Origin: Gammaproteobacteria bacterium
Lineage (GTDB): Bacteria; Pseudomonadota; Gammaproteobacteria; Steroidobacterales; Steroidobacteraceae
Assembly (NCBI GenBank): GCA_043742765.1
Contig: JAYTXT010000033.1
Span: 1 to 24,457, forward strand
Direction of reading: 5' to 3'
DNA: 24,457 bases
Part shown: piece after piece, positions 19,697 to 24,457 of the stretch
How positions within the stretch are numbered: position 1 is the stretch's first letter
Layout: every line of letters begins with the position of its first letter
The notes under the pieces: generated by a model
The model's database searches: none
Told to the model about the DNA's origin: nothing
Seen by the model: only the letters and a program-made list of their open reading frames with translations
Position numbers and translations under genes: made by a program

Positions 19697-20437
19697 ATGC
19701 TGGCGATGCTCTCCGATCCGTCCACCTGGGTGGCCTTCGCGACGCTCTCGTTGCTCGAGATCGTCCTGGGCATCGACAACGTCATCTTCCTGGCGATCCT
19801 GGTCGGACGGCTCCCGCCGAAGCGGCAGCCGCGCGCGCGGTTCGTGGGACTCGCGCTCGCCATGCTGACGCGCATCGCGCTGTTGTTCTCGATCGTGTGG
19901 CTCATTCGCCTGACCAAGCCCTGGTTCTCGTTCATGGGGCAGGCGATTTCGGGGCGCGATCTGATCCTGGCCGGGGGCGGCCTGTTCCTGCTCGCCAAGA
20001 GCGTGCTCGAGATTCACCACACGCTCGAAGGCGCCGCCGCGGAGCACCGTGCGCGGGCGCTGGCCAGTTTCGCCGCCATCGTCGTGCAGATCGCGCTCAT
20101 CGACATCGTGTTCTCGCTCGATTCGGTCTTCACGGCGGTGGGACTGGCGCGTCCCGACCAGGTGCCGGTCATGGTGGCGGCCATCGTCCTGTCGATCATC
20201 GTCATGATGTGGCTGTCGGGGCCGATCTCCGAGTTCGTGGAAACGCACCCCACGATCAAGATCCTCGCGCTGGCTTTTTTGATCCTGGTCGGCGTAGCGC
20301 TGATCGCCGAGGGGATGGACTTCCACATCCCGAAGGGCTATCTGTATTTCGCGATGGCGTTTTCGGTGCTGGTCGAGATGATCAACATCCGCCTGCGCAA
20401 GCTCCTCGACGCGCGGCGTCAGCGGCGTGCGTCATGA
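19697..20437 (+). CDS. TerC-family integral membrane protein (putative Mn/metal transporter)
   Basis: LEIVLGIDNVIFLAIL and DIVFSLDSVFTAVG acidic TerC motifs, and HIPKGYLYFAMAFS. SD AAGGAG overlaps the secF stop; ATG at 19697. Confidence 0.92.
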   Translation: MLAMLSDPSTWVAFATLSLLEIVLGIDNVIFLAILVGRLPPKRQPRARFVGLALAMLTRIALLFSIVWLIRLTKPWFSFMGQAISGRDLILAGGGLFLLAKSVLEIHHTLEGAAAEHRARALASFAAIVVQIALIDIVFSLDSVFTAVGLARPDQVPVMVAAIVLSIIVMMWLSGPISEFVETHPTIKILALAFLILVGVALIAEGMDFHIPKGYLYFAMAFSVLVEMINIRLRKLLDARRQRRAS

Positions 20438-20925
20438 CTCGCCAGACCGGGCTTTTCGTGGCGACTGCCATCGTCGCGCTGCTGCTGGGTGCGCGGGAAA
20501 CCGCGACCGCCGAGCCAGCGGCTGGCCCGGCGCCGGCAGCCGGTGGCCTCGGTGCCCTGACTGCACGCGCGTTGCGCGTGGGGAGCGATGCCAAGCTGCC
20601 GCCGAATCTGGTCAGCACCCTTGGATTTGGTACACAGGAGACGGGAATGCCGGTGCGCCAGCTCGCCATACGAGTAGGCGGTGACGTTCGCGCCTTCAAC
20701 GTCAGCAAGGCCCACCCCGCAGTCGTGGTGATGTTCGACCACAACGAAGTCAGTCGGGTCACCGTCGCGTATCTGGTATCGAGTGCCGGAAAGCTGCGTC
20801 GGGCGGTCAGCTACCAGGCAGGCGGTGCGGGCGGCGTGCTGCCTGCCGCCGAGGCGCAGCGACGGTTCGCGCCCGAACTCAAATATTGGCTGGCGGTCGG
20901 GCAGGGCGCCGCGCCCGCACCCTAG
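20434..20925 (+). CDS. Hypothetical exported protein (163 aa)
   Basis: ATGA overlap with the terC stop. Sec-type signal peptide MTRQTGLFVATAIVALLLGARETATA|E, then an Ala/Pro linker and a compact alpha/beta-looking domain. It fills the gap to the convergent GNAT exactly. I recognise no family. Confidence 0.75.
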   Translation: MTRQTGLFVATAIVALLLGARETATAEPAAGPAPAAGGLGALTARALRVGSDAKLPPNLVSTLGFGTQETGMPVRQLAIRVGGDVRAFNVSKAHPAVVVMFDHNEVSRVTVAYLVSSAGKLRRAVSYQAGGAGGVLPAAEAQRRFAPELKYWLAVGQGAAPAP

Positions 20926-21395
20926 CGCGCCAGTTGCTGGAGCGCTGCGCCATTGAGCCGGTAGCTGCACCATTCGTCCAAGGCCACGGCGTCGAGCCGC
21001 AGGTAAAAGTCGATCGCCAGTGCGTTCCACTTGAGCGCCGACCATTCGAGCCGGCCGCAGCCGCGCGCCACGGTCTCGCGCGCCAGATGCTGCAGCAGCG
21101 CCTTGCCCACGCCGCGCTGGCGGAACAAGGGATCGACGAACAAGTCTTCCAGGTAGATGCCCGGCTTGGCGAGAAAGGTCGAATAATTGTGGAAGTACAG
21201 CGCGAAGCCTGCGCTCTGGCCGTCGCAATCGGCGAGCACCACTTCGGCGTAGCGCCGCTCGCCGAACAGCGTCGCGCGCAGCGCCGCCTCGGTGGCGACG
21301 ACTTCGGATTCCAGGTGTTCGTAGACGCCGAGCGCGCGGATGAAGCGCAGGATCTGCGGTACGTCGCCCGGTTCGGCATTGCGGAGCGTGACCAT
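20922..21395 (-). CDS. GNAT N-acetyltransferase, SSAT/diamine acetyltransferase-like
   Basis: GFALYFHNYSTFLAKPGIYLEDLFV, RQRGVGKAL acetyl-CoA motif and WNALAIDFY. Start is ATG 21395. Confidence 0.9.
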   Translation of the reverse strand: MVTLRNAEPGDVPQILRFIRALGVYEHLESEVVATEAALRATLFGERRYAEVVLADCDGQSAGFALYFHNYSTFLAKPGIYLEDLFVDPLFRQRGVGKALLQHLARETVARGCGRLEWSALKWNALAIDFYLRLDAVALDEWCSYRLNGAALQQLAR

Positions 21396-21402
21396 GCTCC
21401 GC

Positions 21403-21408
21403 ATTCTA
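21403..21408 (-). promoter_or_regulatory. Putative -10 (TAGAAT) of a leaderless GNAT transcript
   Basis: Minus strand reads TAGAAT-gcggagc-ATG (7-nt spacer). Confidence 0.55.
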
Positions 21409-21439
21409 AGGCCTGGCAGCCAGCTGTCTTGGCAACCAC

Positions 21440-22843
21440 TCAGCTCTGCTTGGCAAGCCCGCTGTGGCGGTACGAGTACACGGCATAGATCACGAGTCCC
21501 GCCGCGGACCAGACGAAGAACGCTTTCCAGGTGATCGCGGGAAGCCCGCCCATGAGGAATGCGCAGAAGCCCATGCCGAGTACCGGTACCAACGGAACCC
21601 ACGGTGTGCGAAACGGGCGCTTGAGTTCCGGGCGGGTTTTGCGCAGCACGATGACGCTGGCGCACACCAGGAAAAAGGCCGAGAGCGTGCCCAGGTTGAC
21701 CAACTGAGCCACTTTGCCAATCGGCGACAAGCCCGCGATCAGGGCGATGACGACGCCAGATCCCAGGATGAGGCGCACCGGCGTCTGTGTCCTGGGATTG
21801 AGCCTGGCCAGTGGCATGGGCAGGAGTCCGTCGCGCGACATCGCCAGCACCACGCGGGTCAGGCCGAAATAAAGCACCAGCATCACTGTAGTGATGCCGG
21901 CCATAGCGCCGATCGAGATCAGGGCTTCTGCCCAGCCGATGCCGAGCTGTTTGAGGGCATCGGCGATCGGCGCCTTGATGTCAATCTGGTCGTAATGCAC
22001 GACGCCGGTGAGGATGCCAGACACCACGATGTAAAGAACCGTGCAAATCACCAATGAAGCGATAATGCCGATCGGCAGGTTTCGCTGAGGATTGATCGTT
22101 TCCTCTGCAGCGGTCGAAACCGCGTCGAAGCCAATGTACGCAAAAAAGATCAGCGAAGCGCCGGTCAGGATGCCGCCCATGCCGAAATGCGACTGGCCGG
22201 CGGAGTCGGTGATTTGCGGCGGGATGAATGGATGCCAATTGGCTGGATTGACATGCGGGGCAGCGACCACGATGAAGATGAGGACCGCGGCAAGCTTTAC
22301 GAACACCATCACCGTATTGAACCGGGCCGATTCGCTGACGCCGATGGAGAGCAATACGGACAACAACAGCACGATAACCATGGCCGGTACATTGGCGATG
22401 CCGCCGTCGAGCGGGGCATTGGTCAATGCGTGAGGCAGGTGCACGCCGGCCAATTCCATGATCTTCCCGAAATAACCGGACCAACCGATGGCCACGGTGG
22501 AAGTGGCAACAGCGTACTCCAGGATGAGATCCCAGCCGATGATCCACGCGACCAGCTCGCCGATTCCAGAGTAGGCGTAGCCGTAGGCGCTGCCGGCGCC
22601 ACCGATCGCACCGGCGAGTTCGGCATAGCACAACGCCGCAAACGCGCAGGCTATACCGGAGAGGATGAACGACAAGACGATTGCCGGGCCCGCGTGCTGC
22701 CCAGCAACCACGCCAGTGAGGACGAAGATGCCGGTGCCGATGATGCAGCCGATACCGAGCATGGTCAGGTCAAATGCGCCAAGGCAGCGTTTCAGTCCTG
22801 TGTTGGCGTTGACATCGGTCGATTTAGTGCGGAACAGATTCAT
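21440..22843 (-). CDS. APC-superfamily amino acid permease (cationic amino acid transporter-like)
   Basis: LGIGCIIGTGIF TM1 motif, ALCYAELA, IIGWDLILEY, FFAYIGFDAVSTAAEE TM6 motif and RPFRTPWVP. GGGGAG SD. Confidence 0.94.
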   Translation of the reverse strand: MNLFRTKSTDVNANTGLKRCLGAFDLTMLGIGCIIGTGIFVLTGVVAGQHAGPAIVLSFILSGIACAFAALCYAELAGAIGGAGSAYGYAYSGIGELVAWIIGWDLILEYAVATSTVAIGWSGYFGKIMELAGVHLPHALTNAPLDGGIANVPAMVIVLLLSVLLSIGVSESARFNTVMVFVKLAAVLIFIVVAAPHVNPANWHPFIPPQITDSAGQSHFGMGGILTGASLIFFAYIGFDAVSTAAEETINPQRNLPIGIIASLVICTVLYIVVSGILTGVVHYDQIDIKAPIADALKQLGIGWAEALISIGAMAGITTVMLVLYFGLTRVVLAMSRDGLLPMPLARLNPRTQTPVRLILGSGVVIALIAGLSPIGKVAQLVNLGTLSAFFLVCASVIVLRKTRPELKRPFRTPWVPLVPVLGMGFCAFLMGGLPAITWKAFFVWSAAGLVIYAVYSYRHSGLAKQS

Positions 22844-22899
22844 GCGTTCTCCCCGAAATTTCGCGCTTTCTTTTGCTGCTTGGCGTGTGCTTGACCGGG

Positions 22900-22928
22900 C
22901 CTGCGAACGTCGATGCGTCGTCCGCAGG
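22900..22928 (-). other. Stable RNA hairpin just after the suhB stop
   Basis: Minus-strand RNA CCUGCGGACG-9-nt loop-CGUUCGCAGG forms 10 bp with one G-U pair. It has no U-tract on -, while + is followed by TTTT. Confidence 0.55.
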
Positions 22929-22934
22929 TTTTCA

Positions 22935-23780
22935 TTACTTGGACGCTTCCCTGTTGCTGCGGGCCCGCAGCGTTGCGGCGGACTTTAACCCAGCAGGCGG
23001 TGCGGTAACGAGCGGCGTGAAACCCGCGACCAGCGCGGCATGGATGCGCGGCGTCCCGGCGCACACATCGCCGCCGTGCTCGTAGGGGTCGCCGTTGACC
23101 CGGCTCAGGTGCCCGCCCGCCTCGGTGACCAGCAGCGCGCCGGCCGCGGTATCCCAGGGCTTGAGTCCGAGCTCCCAGAAGCCGTCGACGCGTCCGGCGG
23201 CGACATAGGCCAGATCGAGCGCCGCCGAGCCGGCGCGGCGCACGCCGGCGACCTCCGGCATGACCAGCCGCAGCATTGCCAGATAGGTGTCCAGATCGTC
23301 ATCGGCGCGGAACGGAAACCCGGTGGCGAGCAGCGCGCCCTCGAGTCCGCGTCGCTTGCTGACGCGGATGCGGCGGCTGTCGAGCTGCGCGCCGACGCCG
23401 CGGGTCGCGGTGAACAGTTCCTGGCGCAGCACGTCGTAGACCGTCGCGATCTCGAGCCGGCCGCGCACCTCGCAGGCGATCGAGACCGCGTAGACCGGAA
23501 AGCCGTGCAGGAAATTGGTGGTGCCGTCGAGCGGGTCGACTATCCAGCGGGTTTCGCTGCTGCCGCTCGCCCCGCTTTCCTCGGCCAGGACGGCGTGGTC
23601 GGGATAGTGGTGGCGGATGATGTTGATGATTTCCAGCTCGGCCGCCCGGTCCACCTCGGTCACGTAGTCGTGCCGTTCCTTGGCGTGGATTTCTATGCCC
23701 TCGAGCCGCGGGATGCTGCGCGCGATCACTTCGCCGGCCCGTCGAGCAGCGCGCACCGCGATATTCAGCAATGGATGCAT
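22935..23780 (-). CDS. suhB: Inositol monophosphatase family protein / Nus factor SuhB
   Basis: MHPLLNIAVRAARRAG, DYVTEVDRAAE, WIVDPLDGTTNFLHG, RRAGSAALDLAYVAAGR and WDTAAG. Canonical divergence from trmJ. Confidence 0.95.
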   Translation of the reverse strand: MHPLLNIAVRAARRAGEVIARSIPRLEGIEIHAKERHDYVTEVDRAAELEIINIIRHHYPDHAVLAEESGASGSSETRWIVDPLDGTTNFLHGFPVYAVSIACEVRGRLEIATVYDVLRQELFTATRGVGAQLDSRRIRVSKRRGLEGALLATGFPFRADDDLDTYLAMLRLVMPEVAGVRRAGSAALDLAYVAAGRVDGFWELGLKPWDTAAGALLVTEAGGHLSRVNGDPYEHGGDVCAGTPRIHAALVAGFTPLVTAPPAGLKSAATLRARSNREASK

Positions 23781-23787
23781 AGTCAAC

Positions 23788-23794
23788 TAGAATA
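23788..23794. promoter_or_regulatory. Putative bidirectional -10 element (TAGAATA) shared by suhB and trmJ
   Basis: Reads TAGAAT on + (9 nt before the trmJ ATG) and TATTCT on - (8 nt before the suhB ATG), in a 22-bp spacer. Confidence 0.65.
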
Positions 23795-23802
23795 GCAGCC
23801 TT

Positions 23803-24457
23803 ATGAGTGTACTGCCGATCCGCATGGTCCTCGTCGACACTTCGCATCCGGGCAATATTGGTGCTGCGGCGCGCGCCATGAAGAACATGGAGCTCACCGA
23901 GCTGGTGCTGGTGCGGCCGCGGCAGTTCCCGCATCCGGACGCCCTGGCGCGCGCTTCCGGCGCGGACGATGTGCTCGCAAGTGCGCGCGTCTACGGCACG
24001 CTGACCGAGGCGCTGGCGGGGTGCGGCCTGGTGCTGGCCTGCACTTCGCGGGAGCGCGATCACTATTACCGCGTGCTCGACGTGCGCGCGGCGGCCGCGC
24101 GCACGGTGGCGGAGTGCACCTCGGCGCCGGTGGCCATCGTGTTCGGCGGCGAGCACAGCGGCCTCAGCAATGAAGACCTGGCGCCAGCGCATGCGCTGCT
24201 GCGCATTCCGACCGGCGCCGAATACGCCTCGCTCAACCTGGCGATGGCCGTGCAGGTGGTCGCCTACGAGATCCTGCGCGCGCGTGGCAGCAGTACTCCG
24301 GCGCCGCTGCGTGAGCAACCGCTCGCCGACCCGCCGGCGATGGCGCGGCTGTATGAACACTTCGAGGCGGTGCTCGAGGAAGTCGATTTTCGCGACCGCA
24401 CGCAACAGGGGACCAGTCTCATGAATCGCATCCGCCGTTTCCTGCAGCGCGCCGAGC
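23803..24457 (+). CDS. trmJ: tRNA (cytidine/uridine-32 2'-O)-methyltransferase, SPOUT family; 3'-truncated and missing from the ORF track
   Basis: Hand translation gives MSVLPIRMVLVDTSHPGNIGAAARAMKNM...IVFGGEHSGLSNEDL...IPTGAEYASLNLAMAVQVVAYE; the frame is open to the window end. Confidence 0.95.
   Translation, partial: MSVLPIRMVLVDTSHPGNIGAAARAMKNMELTELVLVRPRQFPHPDALARASGADDVLASARVYGTLTEALAGCGLVLACTSRERDHYYRVLDVRAAAARTVAECTSAPVAIVFGGEHSGLSNEDLAPAHALLRIPTGAEYASLNLAMAVQVVAYEILRARGSSTPAPLREQPLADPPAMARLYEHFEAVLEEVDFRDRTQQGTSLMNRIRRFLQRAE

Noticed and set aside
18805-20433. 706-aa ORF spanning secF and terC
   Set aside because: It is an off-frame shadow. Only the last 163 codons, from the ATG at 20434 with a signal peptide, look like a real protein.
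22935-23010. Basic C-terminal tail on SuhB
   Set aside because: It is a short low-complexity extension of a kind common in high-GC genomes, with no evidence of function.

Overview
High-GC (roughly 70%, judged by eye) bacterial chromosomal window, densely coding and mostly housekeeping. Protein sequences and synteny suggest a gammaproteobacterium (inference). Gene order: pnuC (5'-truncated), choline/thiamine-kinase-like gene, 2Fe-2S ferredoxin and a membrane-anchored RraB-domain gene on +; a minus-strand run plsC-like, ETF-QO, zapE, large NAD-GDH, gpmA; xerD-dsbC on +; Nudix and fdxA on -; tRNA-Leu(CAA)-queA-tgt-yajC-secD-secF-terC-hypothetical exported protein on +; suhB, APC permease and GNAT on -; trmJ (3'-truncated) on +. 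I found no mobile element, CRISPR array or defence island. The most interesting signals are: (1) a TerC metal transporter and an unknown exported protein coupled to the end of the secDF operon; (2) all three divergent gene junctions carry the same symmetric TAnnnTA bidirectional -10 motif, and several genes look leaderless; (3) a perfect CRP-type box between plsC and xerD; (4) a possible leaderless 6-codon uORF coupled to gdh. All functional interpretations are by-eye inferences, with no database searches run.
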